A DNA stretch of 50,754 nt, counting the filler, from Sphacelaria rigidula (taxonomy: Eukaryota): NCBI GenBank assembly GCA_964200075.2. It is 3 parts of 3 records of this genome, joined end to end, with 100 filler letters (N's around TTAATTAATTAA, not from the genome) between each part and the next. Parts side by side here need not be neighbours in the genome. Positions count along the whole stretch, not along the records: positions 16,956 to 33,805 come from CAXNAA020001235.1; positions 33,906 to 50,754 come from CAXNAA020001236.1; 1 more part is not named here. One strand, written 5' to 3'. The notes under the pieces were generated by a model. The model saw only the letters and a program-made list of their open reading frames with translations. It was not told where the DNA came from and did not search any database. Shown in pieces: positions 27,557 through 38,700 of the stretch (its first letter is position 1; every line of letters begins with the position of its first letter). Both the position numbers and the translations under genes were made by a program.

Positions 27557-30500
27557 CAAAAATACGGAATATAAAGAAAAAAGGCAAAACAAAAAACGCC
27601 AACATATACTATATGTTCAAATCGAATTCCTTACATACAGTAGAGGGGTACCGAAAGATTGACAATATAATTGTTTTCGTTAAAAACTAAATCCATTGAC
27701 TGATAGGCGAGCCATACCGGCGTATCCCCACAACCATCGTGTCATCAGCTCACCGCCGACCGAAAATTGCCAGCTATGTATCCACTTGGTTTGCAAAAAC
27801 TGCTACATGATGTGTTTTCCGGGAGGTCGAAACATTCTAATTTCGCCCTCTGTTTGTTTTGGTTCGACTGTATCACCTGATCCTGCAAGCTCTTGAGCTT
27901 CTCGACGTACTCTGTTTGCTCCTCTTCCATTGCATTCTGGTAGCTCAATTTCAGTTGACCGTTGGTCACCTCACGTTCTTGAATCTTCGTGGCGATCTGC
28001 GCTTGCGGCAGCGCGGGCGGTTGGCACGCACATCGTGATCATCAGCACGCCACGACAGGAAACGAGGAGCACAGGGTGTACTTGATTGATTGCATGGTTG
28101 ATTTCACCACGGTGCTAACAATCAACGGCAAATCAGTACACACGTCGGCACTGTAGTCACAGAATCCATCCCAATCTGGTCAAGGATGAAGCGCGTAGCT
28201 GCCTAGCTGCTCCCCAGCTCAGTGGCAACGACATTCATCGACTTCAATTCCTCTTGAGATGGCAGTTTGCATCCATCATGCGAAGTGTTCAGAAGGGGGT
28301 CGCTATTCTCCCGACAGAGACGTTTATTTGTATGCAACTGTGTCACGTCGAAATGACCACGCGAGTAATGTCCACCAGGTAGTTATATGTGACGTATGCA
28401 CGCTGTAAAATGAACTGATCACTATTTGCGGACTAACTCGCACTTCGGATTTCATCAGGCCTTCACCGAACGCTGGGCTCTGTTTTCCATATTCTGATCA
28501 ACAGTCACAATTATGTGAGAAATACGTACGCAGGGACCCATCCGTCCCAGTACAGGAAGAGTGAGCACGATTTCCAGTTCGTTCGTCACCTTTTGGGGCC
28601 AACCGAAGACCTCCCACTGCATTGACATGGTGGTCTCGTCTAAGTGAGCCTTGGCCTTACCGATGACGTCGAAAGCATCAGCCGTGGCGTCTAAGCAACT
28701 CTGAAGGTCGGCAACCCTGCAACAGGGAAACATGGCTTTGGAGGTCGGTGTATTTCGCGGTGGAGCAAAAGCGATCGGTCGTTTTTCGGACTATCCATGA
28801 ATAACTAGGGCACCAGTCAAGAACGAGCATATCGTACATCGATCGCCTCTGGCAGGTAAACGGGAAGGGAGAAGGAATGCAGGTGACCCTTGAGGTCGTT
28901 TCGATCTCTGTCGGCTCTCTGGCATGGAAACCTTGTTTCTCTGGCATTTACAGAGCGTGCGTGAGACTGCTTAGCTGGGATACCAGTCAATAAGTGGCGT
29001 CAATGGGGTGTAGGCGTGAAGACAGTCCTACTACCAGTACACCAGCAACTTCGACGGGCAATTTTATCGATGACGGGGACAGCCCTGCTACTATCCTTGC
29101 CGTATTACCTTTGAGTCAAGCGAAGAAAAGCAATGGACTGCCGTTCCATTTTCTGGGATGAAGGCAACATTCTGTCACATACTTGCTGCTCACGTTCCGA
29201 ACACATTAAGTGTACACATGTGATATGAATGATTTTATTGGTTTGATTGGTTGTCGCATATTAACTGATCCGTCGAGGATCCAGCCGTGGTCACAAGGTA
29301 GGCGTACCGAGAGAAAAGAAAACGGAAATACTCGCAGAAGAAAATGAACAAAACAAAAATGTGAAGCAAACAAACAGAGTAGTTCAAGAGAAATGAAAGA
29401 TCCAAAACATACCAAACACAAAAAAAGCTATAAATGACCGGCCTCTGCAACAGGCGGACAAGGTCTTGCGCAACAGCACACGCATTCATACCTAATCAAG
29501 GGAAGAATAAAAAAAGCCGTGGGGACAGATTGCGGGTTATCTACCTCTGCCAAACTATTTCGGGTTTAGCCCTCACCCGTGAACCCTACAGAAGCGAGGA
29601 CCCACGCTGCGACTTGCATACACCGGGAGGAAAGAACACACATATATAAAGACAGAGATGGAGCGAGAAAGAGAGAACAGAGAGGAAGGAATCTATAGAA
29701 TTGAGAAGCCCAAGTACACCGCACAGTAAACCAGGTGGTACAAACGCATAAATCAGGGAATACCGCATATACAGTGCTCTATCTCTCTCTTTTTTCACTC
29801 ACTCTTTTTTTTTGTCAATGCACAACAATCAAATAACCAGTCAAACATTCTACAGTATTCTCGCATGCGCCGGGAGATGTGCTCGCCTGCCCGGTGTGCT
29901 GCTCATGTACTCCTCCATTTCAGTGAGCTGTTCGATGTTCTCTATGGGCGCGTGAAGCCGTCGGTAAATGGTCTCAAAGCGAGCGATTGTACTCTGTCGA
30001 AGGAGAACATACGAACAGGTTCGGAATGAGGAGGATCCGAGTAACTTGATATGTCTAACGGCGTTCTCACAAACACAAGGCGAACACCGGCGCTAAACTG
30101 CGCTCTTTCGTCTCAGTATAACCACTCTCATCCCCGTGACATATACAGGTGTCCTGTACAATAATATCACACCGCATGCTTCAGGTGATCCCGCGATAGC
30201 GGGCGAGTAGACAGCCTTACCTGCCCATTCAACAGTCATATGTAAATAGTGAACGAGAACAAGCAGCGCCGATGCCACAAGGGAACTGCACCTAGACTAC
30301 TCTGCGCCCAAAGCTTTCGGCGCTGAAAGCCATCCATTATATTCCCATGTTCGCCGGCGACACCAGTGGTATCTTACGACCCTCAACATGTTTATTTCAC
30401 CCAAAAGTTGTCGGCCTCCTCACCTGCGCCCGATCTTTCACACTCTTACTGAGCATCACGCGGAGCTTCTCAGCGATTTCTTGGTGTTTCAAAGTCAGCC

Positions 30501-32586
30501 GCTGCCGGATCTTGCTCACGCTCACCTTGGTTACCGAATGCCGATGCACCACGGGCATAAGTTTCGCGTTCCAGATCATTGTCTCGTTGGTGTATGAACA
30601 CACGTAAAAACACACGCACTGACACGAACTATATGCCTTGTGGTCTGATCAGGTTCCAACTTCAAACGGAACGAATGATTTTGAGGCGTGTCTTGGTTGG
30701 CTTCACCTCAGAAATATTCTTACTGGATGAAAAATGTGAACGTACAGTTAGGTTAGATGCACGTCTTTTGTTCTCCGAGAACATCTTTAATGTTTAGGAT
30801 GCCGACCCCGCAAGTTACGAAAAACTTGAGGCAATTGCTCAATCCCCCTTAGCTCAGAACCGTTCATTTTTCAGGTTGTGTCTCATCAGAACGAAACATT
30901 ATATCCCAAAATACATTTGCCGACGGGATTCTGCCCATTACCACCAGCTTGAGCTTTCTCGGAAATCCCACGTGCAGGAAGAATTGCCCACATAATCATT
31001 CAGCACGATGGATCATGCAACGAGAAGGAACGCGCTGATACGATCGAAGCCAACATTGGGTTTATGGACACTAGCACACACCAATCCGCCCCGACAAAAC
31101 AACCGGCCTTTCCCGTAGTCAAGCCAGTAGGCGCTCGCTGCAACGACAGTTGTCAGCAAGGCTAAAGTAATAGGTGCGACAGGCGCAGTAGTCCGTCTGA
31201 GAGGTGATGCATGATCCACATATCTTGCGTTTAAACTCGCCCCACATCTAAAGTGTCAGACTTGTACGACATCGGCCGCTCTATACTCAGAGTGAAAGGC
31301 GACATGTATGCACTTCTCTCTGAGGTGACGTGAAGCTGTGCGCGTGATGGGGGTGCCAGTGGTACAGGGCAGCGATTGCGCCGCACTTCCATGTTCTCCT
31401 ACAATACGACAAGCGTGGCTTCTCGAATCGTTCAAAATATTTGACGAATCCCGAAAGCACCGTTCAAAAAACTTATTTCCGAGAGATGCAGGCACATTCG
31501 AGACGGAGTTTTGGGGGAAGGGGTGGTCTCGCCGCGTCCAACACCCAACGCCACGCGAATGTGATGCTATTTTTCCCGGTGATACCCGGCCTCAGCGCTG
31601 AGCATAACAATGGGAATCGTATCAAAGAATAGAGCCTCAATACGAATCCCACGGATACGGGCGGCAGAAATCTGATCAACACAGACCTAGGAAATTACGT
31701 TTCACGGAGAGTGCTGAGAACTCTCCCACCAAAATACCGCATGGGGGAGAAATTTCGAGGAGGAGGCCCCCCAACAGATGAATCTTACCACAAATAGACC
31801 TAGAGAAATGGTGTCCGGGATGAGTTTCTCGAATTCCAGCTTTTGTTCCGCATGACTGGTGGCGAGTTGCCTCAAATCATCGAATAGAAACTCTCCTGTT
31901 TCTGCCTTCATCATCTCTGTTTCTGTCTCCGCCAAGTACTCGGCAACTGAAGACAACACGCAGAAGCAAGAAGCGAACGACTGAGGTCAAGGACGTTAGC
32001 ATCTCTCGACGAAATAAGGAGTGATGCTAGGGGTTAGTGGTAGTCCTGATTGGAAGCTTCCTTTTACCGCCTCGGCTGACGGCCGTCTTTCTGTACCCTG
32101 TGCTAAGTAAGAAGCGTGAGCGTGCGTGATGATACCCGTACTGTCGTGTACTGTCGTGTACTGTCGTGTACTGTCGTGCACTGTCGTGCACTGTCGTGCA
32201 CTGTCGTGCACTGTCGTGTATGGCACGAGACTGGATGTCCTCGCCGTACAGAGCGACAATGCGCGGGGCGCACTCAGAAGTGCCAGTCGCTCATCATTGT
32301 TACACAGAGGAAAAGTTAACGTTGAAGTCGACCAGCGATTGGTAGTAGCAGCTGACTTTCAACAACACCTGAGCGCCCATCACTCGCCGTCAACGTTTAA
32401 AAATTCCAAAAACGGGTCCAGGGTGTCCAAGTAGTCTGTGACAGGCTTCACAGCTCGCTCCAGAGCACTCCCCACGGTATCCTTCATGTGGAGCACCCAG
32501 TCCTCGGAGGCGTATACGCTGGCCATGACGGGATCATGAGACCAAAACAGCTTCTTCATCACCCTCCGCTCTATGCGCACCATGTT
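17616..32586 (-). CDS. Axonemal dynein heavy chain (inner-arm, DNAH1-like), internal fragment covering the tail/linker (DHC_N2)
   Basis: 16 phase-compatible exons totalling 2148 nt: 32586-32388, 31946-31789, 30525-30424, 29993-29887, 28716-28590, 27996-27877, 27090-26966, 25642-25489, 24179-24069, 22938-22805, 21871-21720, 21071-20935, 19851-19676, 19027-18853, 18226-18116, 17675-17616. Motifs: [110 protein letters not shown]. Both ends are truncated by contig breaks. Confidence 0.95.
21990..22277 (-). mobile_element. tRNA-derived SINE, copy 2 (dynein intron)
   Basis: GCGCCCCGGTGGTGTAATGG (A box) ... GGTTCGATTCCCG (B box). Colinear with 7907-8209 along its full length. Confidence 0.8.
23181..23777. 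mobile_element. Tc1/mariner-type (Stowaway-like) MITE
   Basis: 32-bp TIR CTTCCTCTGTGTCA(T/C)AAGTCTGTGCAGTTATG with one mismatch, TA on both flanks (23179-80, 23778-79), non-coding interior. Confidence 0.85.
26104..26172. repeat. (AAC)n microsatellite
   Basis: Seen directly. Other simple repeats: (AAT)n 16956-17045 and 33757-33805, (AAC)n ~25400-25455, (AG)n ~27490-27554. Confidence 0.9.
32138..32221. repeat. 10-bp minisatellite (CTGTCGTGYA)8
   Basis: Eight tandem units of ctgtcgtgta/ctgtcgtgca in a dynein intron. Confidence 0.92.
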
Positions 32587-33805
32587 CTGGAAGCAAGCAT
32601 AACCACATGCAGCGGGATTAAGGCGATGCGATTCCCGCTTCAAACTTTAGCTAGATGTTAGATACAACGTTGGTTCGGGGCGCAAAAAACCTCTGTTTAG
32701 TACGGATGATATGAGTTGGGTTAGCTGTAGTGGGTGAAATACCATCAGCACACGCGATGTTTGATGGAAATTGCGGTTTTCCCCCATAGCAGAGACCACC
32801 AGTCAAACGACTTTTGAACTAACGCGATAATCGTAACCCTACTCGCCGCCCCCCTTCCCGCGCGCACCGCGTTTTGGGGTAGTGCAAGAAATGGAGGTTT
32901 GGATTTTCAATCGGCTGCTGGATGGATAGAGTCAATATATTTCACAACTTTGACGCATTTTTCCTTCCCCCATGTTGTAAGTGACAGTCTGTCAGATGTC
33001 CTGTCGATCAATGAGAAAAAGAGGAGTGACAGAGATTCAGCAGCCGTTGCCTGATCCGTCGTCGTATCTATGGTTTCGATCAACGGTACCTTCCTTCGGT
33101 ATCATCAGCTGGCCAGCCCTTGCCAGTATTGCTCGCTCTTGGGGAACACATCAATACATACAGGACAGGCGGCGTTCTCTGGAGTATTTTGTAATGATGC
33201 TCTGATTCATCATTCTTAGCGTTTTCAACTGGTGACCATATTGCAATCAACATGTTCCGCCAAAGTCCTTCTACCGTTTGTATGAGCACCGGGATGCAAA
33301 AGATTTTCCCTCACAGCGTTACCTCTCTTTCCTCTTGCTGGTGGTTGATGTATTCATCGAAGTGTGGTCTTGCGGTGTTCCCTAGTTGTTCTTTAGTACA
33401 TGCTACACTGTCTTGGGTTTCATTGCTACCATAGTTTCCTTCTTCTCTGTTGTCCCTTTCACTTTCCACCCCCCCGTCTCTTTCCTTCGTTCGTTTTTTT
33501 CTCAGTGTGACACAAGTAATAGTTTGGCGCCTCACTTCCGTAGGGTGCACAAGTAAGAGCTCATACTCGAATCGTATAACCGGATATAGCTCAGTCGCAA
33601 TACTCTTTTTTTCTTCTGTGCATGAATGAATTTGCTCTTTTCTGCAAGGCATTTCCTACCTGAAGTTATATTGCAGAGGCTGGCCATTTCTAGTTTTGCT
33701 TCGTGTACAAAATAAATATACTAATGGTTCGAGAGATTGAGCTAATGTAACGGATATAATAATAATAATGATAATAATGATAATAATAATAATAATAATA
33801 ATAAT

Positions 33806-33905
33806 NNNNNNNNNNNNNNNNNNNNNNNNNNNNNNNNNNNNNNNNNNNNTTAATTAATTAANNNNNNNNNNNNNNNNNNNNNNNNNNNNNNNNNNNNNNN
33901 NNNNN
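33806..33905. other. Artificial contig spacer N44-TTAATTAATTAA-N44
   Basis: Same 100-bp construct as 16856-16955. Confidence 0.97.
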
Positions 33906-34547
33906 ATATCCGCACTGGGCTGTGCGTTGCTCCAATCGGAGCACGGGGTTTGGCCGAAGCCGGTCGAGCGGTGTATACCGGCGCTGGTTGTGTGTCTTTA
34001 CCCAGCCTTGTTCGGCATCGCGCAAGTGATGGGTCCGGTTCAGATGAACTTTTCAACAGACAGTCAAGTATGTATACCGCACTGCGTCCCGACTGATGCT
34101 ATATTCTACAGAGAGATTAACAGAACCATACAGCACCTCAAGCATTCTCAGCGGAGACCAAACCGTGTTCGCAAGTCCAACCACACCACAGAACAGTGAT
34201 AGCTACAGCACGTATGAGACCGGACGTGGGTGTGTTTGTGCTGCAGTGCAGTGAAACAAGAGCTGTACCATGTTTTTGTTTTAGTTCTTCGGTTGGTTTT
34301 GAACGGAGTCCTCAGTGTTTGCCGAGTGCCGACCTTGAACGCTCGACCATACTGGCGCTTGGCGCAAATAATTTAATTATCTTCAAAATCATCCCCATGT
34401 ATGGGTGCTGTGCCGACTTCTTGAGCAAAATGTAGATAGTACACCCTGCCAACGTAGTTAGCACACATGTGCGCCCAAACAACGCCGTTAGCCGAGATGT
34501 ACGCCCGAAATTCATGTCAACACATGTACCTTATGCTCACCCCTTAA

Positions 34548-34721
34548 CCCTTAGACCGCGAGCGTAGTCCATCTGGATCACGTACACCTTTTCCGAGTAA
34601 CTTGATGCCGATTCAACAGATGACCTACTCTCGTCGTGCAAGAGTCACTTTGACCGCGAGGATCGGTCATCTGCTGAATCGGCATCAATTTTACTGGGAA
34701 AAGTATGCGTGCTTGTAAGGG
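34548..34721. mobile_element. piggyBac-like MITE (TTAA target duplication)
   Basis: TTAA|CCCTTA...TAAGGG|TTAA, with an internal ~45-bp inverted repeat (CACGTACACCTTTTCCGAGTAACTTGATGCCGATTCAACAGATGACC and its near-complement). Confidence 0.7.
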
Positions 34722-35073
34722 TTAACGATCACCGAGTCAATCATGGGCCGCTTGGCGGGAGATCCACATTCGAATTCGAAAACCGAAAGATACGGCACAG
34801 CATCCGCGTATAGGAGTAGAGACGGGTAGAAAGTTCTGGAATGCGAAACTACCCCCTCGTAGGTTGAGATCCAATGCTGCAAAACTATGAAATACGCAGC
34901 GGCTTCAGTAGGCTTGGCAGGCGGTGTTCGGTCTTCGTTATATCATGTACTTGCGGACAGATGACGTTTCCGCTCGTCATAAATTGTGAACAACTCTGGT
35001 CGGGATGTCAACGGAAATCATACGAGAGAAAGCGAGGTGGCACGGCACAAAACGTACACGTTTAAGCACGCAC

Positions 35074-35387
35074 CTCAAGATAGCTCTCGAAGAAACGCAG
35101 GAGGCCCAGCAAGCACCAGGTTTTGAGGAGATTATAGTCCATTCCCCCATGCTTGAGCACCTTGAATGTCTGCGACAAATATGGGAAGCGAGCAACAGGG
35201 CGGACAATCATCAATCACAGCGAGCCTCGGCAATCCGCTGCTGAGCTTTCGAGAGTTCGCCCAACGAATGCTAGAAGTTCGCCAGTATGCTTGGGAGCCT
35301 TCTTCAACAAGAGAAAATACTTACCCTCCATGCCCCCAATGCAAACGATGCTCCCATGCATAGCTCAGATGCTAGCCAGTTGGGCAT
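35074..35387 (-). CDS. Putative HVA22/TB2-DP1 (REEP/Yop1)-like membrane protein, first two coding exons
   Basis: Exons 35387-35325 (ATG...AGG|GTAAGT) and 35169-35074 (TTTGTCGCAG|...GAG|GTGCGT) splice in frame to MPNWLASELCMGASFALGAWRTFKVLKHGGMDYNLLKTWCLLGLLRFFESYLE. This resembles the HVA22 pattern (xFKal...l.yW.v.g....fE). Family assignment is by eye; later exons are unresolved. Confidence 0.55.
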
Positions 35388-35779
35388 GCCAGTCGCCACC
35401 CGTCCTTCCCTGCGGAATGTAGGTTGGTCTTGTTTCGCCTTGTTTTTGGGCCTTTAGAATAATGATGACTATTTCGAAGCGTGGCAAGCGTCACTGACAG
35501 TACTGTATATAAAGTAGAAGATAGACTGGCTGCGAGAAATTCTTGATATCTATCACTCTAATGGGTTGTTTTAGGTGCTATGATGATTCTGGTGCAGGTA
35601 ATGCGATAGTCTGGGAGTCTCGAACTAGTTTGGAATTTCATCTGTATCACTTTATAGACTAACGGGAGCTAACAGTCTGCCATTTTATCGAAAGTCGGAA
35701 TAAAAAACCAAAGGTGTGTCGCGCCGGCCCTGGATACCGAACATGCTTACCTTGCAGCTCGGAGCACATCACAGGTCGG

Positions 35780-38700
35780 ATGGTATTTTGTTCCAGGCCG
35801 TGCCTAGCCACTCGCCTGACTACCGTGCTGGCTAATCTCTGGTACAGCTCAAGCTATCTGCACAATACTCCTGCCGCTGCGCCCAACTACATGCTGGCAT
35901 TTTTTGGCACTGCAGGCAAAGGCAGCACAGCACCCCGGGCGGCCTCGAGCGCTGTCCCGCAAGTTATTGGCCGAGCGATCTCGACATCACGAACACACTT
36001 GGCAGCTAGGCGACCCATGGTAGGACCGGCGCCACCCCCAGCGCCGCCAGCGGCACCTATTTTCGATAAAGATGGAAAAGAGTTGAGCAAACGAACAAAG
36101 CGGAAAGTTGCAGTGGTGGTCGGGTATGTGGGCACTGACTTTCACGGTTGGCAGTTGAGTACAGACAGGGGCGTGCGCACTGTTGAGGGAGACTTGGAGA
36201 CCGCGCTATGGAAGTCCGGCGCGATTGTGGACAGTAACTACGGAGATTTGAATAAGATCGGCTGGGGAAGGTGAGTATTCATTGGTTTGTGCTGTTTGCT
36301 GCGTATTCCAGGCTTGTCTGTTGTGTTGGTGTATGTTGGCGTATGTTGGCGTGCGTGTTAGGCACCTAGAAAGCTGAACATGACGTGGAATAACACCCTG
36401 GCTGTTGTTCGCTGCGGTTTATTGGTGAGACCATCTTTGATGGCAACGAATTTAGATCTTTTCGAGATCCCGATTTCCTCAAAATCAGGGGAGCTCAAAT
36501 TCGCGAACGTAAAATTGGGGGGATCGTTTTATGGTACATTCAGTATTACAGATTTGTGAAACAGTCATGTACACCTCGAGTCATGTTCTGCATGAGTGTG
36601 GTATTGGGTACCCGTGCATGAAACCGAAGAACAGGCAAACGGTGCACATCTCACACCTCACACCTCGCACAAAAGATTACACTGTGAAAAATGTACTGTT
36701 TACAGTATTGGCTATTGCGCCTGTTGCAGCAGACAATGGATTCCGCACTATACGCTGTACATTTTTTTTAACAATGGAGTCTATTGTTCAGGGTGCGAAG
36801 CGGTGAATAATCCTTCGAGTACAGTGTGGTACCTTGGTATCCTCGGGTAATGCAGGCCACTCCATCATTGTAGTACGAGCTGGGCCGGCCATCAGGGATT
36901 TTCAAACGAAGAATGAAGATGCGTTTGGCAAATCGAAGAGTTGGGCGCTGAAATTTTGACACAACATTTCCATCATCAGTCCGCGCAACACTCCGAGTGA
37001 TGCAGAAGAAGAAAAAACCCGAGAAGTTGAGCGAGTTGAAGTTTCAGCGAAAACAGGGAAAAGGCTATAACTTCCAAAAAAAAAAGCCTAAAACGATGAC
37101 AACGCTCGGGTACACACGAGCACTCGCGTCAACCACATCCTTGTAAAGTTTCAGCCAAATATACGTAAAATTGGGGTTCGCGTCGCACTTTTCGTGTGAC
37201 CCCGTTGGTCAAACTGATACGACAGCCTCAAATTACACAGGTCGTGAGTTCGAATCCCGGCATGACCACTTTTTTTTTTTTCTGGCATGACCACATGCAT
37301 GATGCCATGCCCGAATAATCAGTTTCGGTACCCGCGTCCTACAATACAGCCGTGCACGCGCTGTAGGAGCTGCACGGCGCTTTTGCTTCGACCAGTTCTC
37401 ATATCAAGCACGACCAACAACCTCTCATCGCAGAGTGTGGCCATGTCTTTAGTAGGAGCATGAAACGGGGCGGAGACGGGGGCGATTTCGCTCGGCAAAC
37501 ATGTCTTCTGTGATTTCGGGAGAACACTGTACAATCGTTTCAACACGACAGCAGCTTTCATCGCTCTGTTGAACTTGCCTTTCGGGAGTGGTCGCGCAGG
37601 TTTTCTGCTGTTAGACAGCGACATCGAGTTGTGTTGTAGAGGTTGCAGAACTCCTCAAATGCTTTCGCCTGCACATATCGGGTGTTTGCGTGCCTTTGCG
37701 GTGGAATTTACTACCATAATTCCACCGCATTTTGTGAAACGCAAGTCTCCAGACACGCTATCGCACGAAGAATTGGGACGAACTCGGTACTCAGTGCAGT
37801 ACAATAACATCATCGCCAAAAGTGCACCAATCAAGCAGCGGCGGTGCCTATGTTATCAGGTTAGTCTGCAGTTCACAGCGATATGCTCAGGTCGTGCTGA
37901 TTTGGGAAGCTTGAAGAGATGTGGTGACGACAGAGAATGCTGGGTTTATGGCCGGCCTAGCTCGTACATGATCATGCCGTGGTGTAGTACATGATGACAC
38001 ATATTGCGAGAGCAGTGAACATACAGTGCTCGAGAAGAGTTCAGTAGTCAAGTACCATACATTACCCTCCATGTACAGGGTCTTATTTTTTCTCCGATTC
38101 CAGCAAAAATGCTCAAATTCAAATTCTATTTGTTCGAAGAGATGCAACTCGATTCTTATTCTGCACAGACATCCAATACAGCATTTTTTCCTAAGCGATC
38201 AGCAAGAATCATGTTTGGCGAAGCTGTCCAGGACGACTGCAGGATTAAAAGTTTATGTTGCCCACCGACGACGACTACAAAACTGCTGTAGCACTGTACT
38301 ACTGTAGCCAAAACAGCCTCTCAATCGATATGGTCTATGTTACGCACGTTGGGCGGTAATACCCCCCCCCCCCCCCCCCCCCGCCTCCCCGGGGGTTTTG
38401 GGCCGGTTGAGGGTACCCGCGCCCGCGCTTTTGGCCGCCCCTTCCGACCGTACACCCCCCCTTCCGCTGTTTGTTTGTAGGCTCTAGTAAACCCACGAAC
38501 CCACCGGCGCGCTTGCTTCCGTGCTGCATGCATCTAAGGGTAGCTTCATGCTACGCAAGCTCTAATATTCTTCAAGATGCGAACGATGGCCGTATAATTC
38601 TTTGGTGCGCTCCTGACTCTTGCGAGTGATCAGGCCACCAAACCACCCCATGCTCAATCTTCACAACACTCCGCATTTCACTACGGAACCGTCAAGAGCA

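Noticed and set aside
32138..32221. Regular repeats as a possible CRISPR-like array
   Set aside because: Head-to-tail 10-mers without spacers: a simple minisatellite in a eukaryotic intron.
35005..35244. Plus-strand ORF with IIVHSPMLEHLECLRQ, reminiscent of LTR reverse transcriptase
   Set aside because: No YxDD motif or flanking RT motifs; it is the antisense of a minus-strand exon with strong splice sites (35169-35074).
37225..37300. GTGAGTTCGAATCCCGGC followed by poly-T, tRNA-like
   Set aside because: Only a B-box/T-arm; no convincing A box or cloverleaf. At most a SINE or tRNA fragment.
38340..38470. Extremely C/G-rich tracts next to homopolymers (also 1-60, 42600-42700, 50670-50754)
   Set aside because: Composition skew directly after long poly-C/G runs suggests low-quality base calls; not interpreted.
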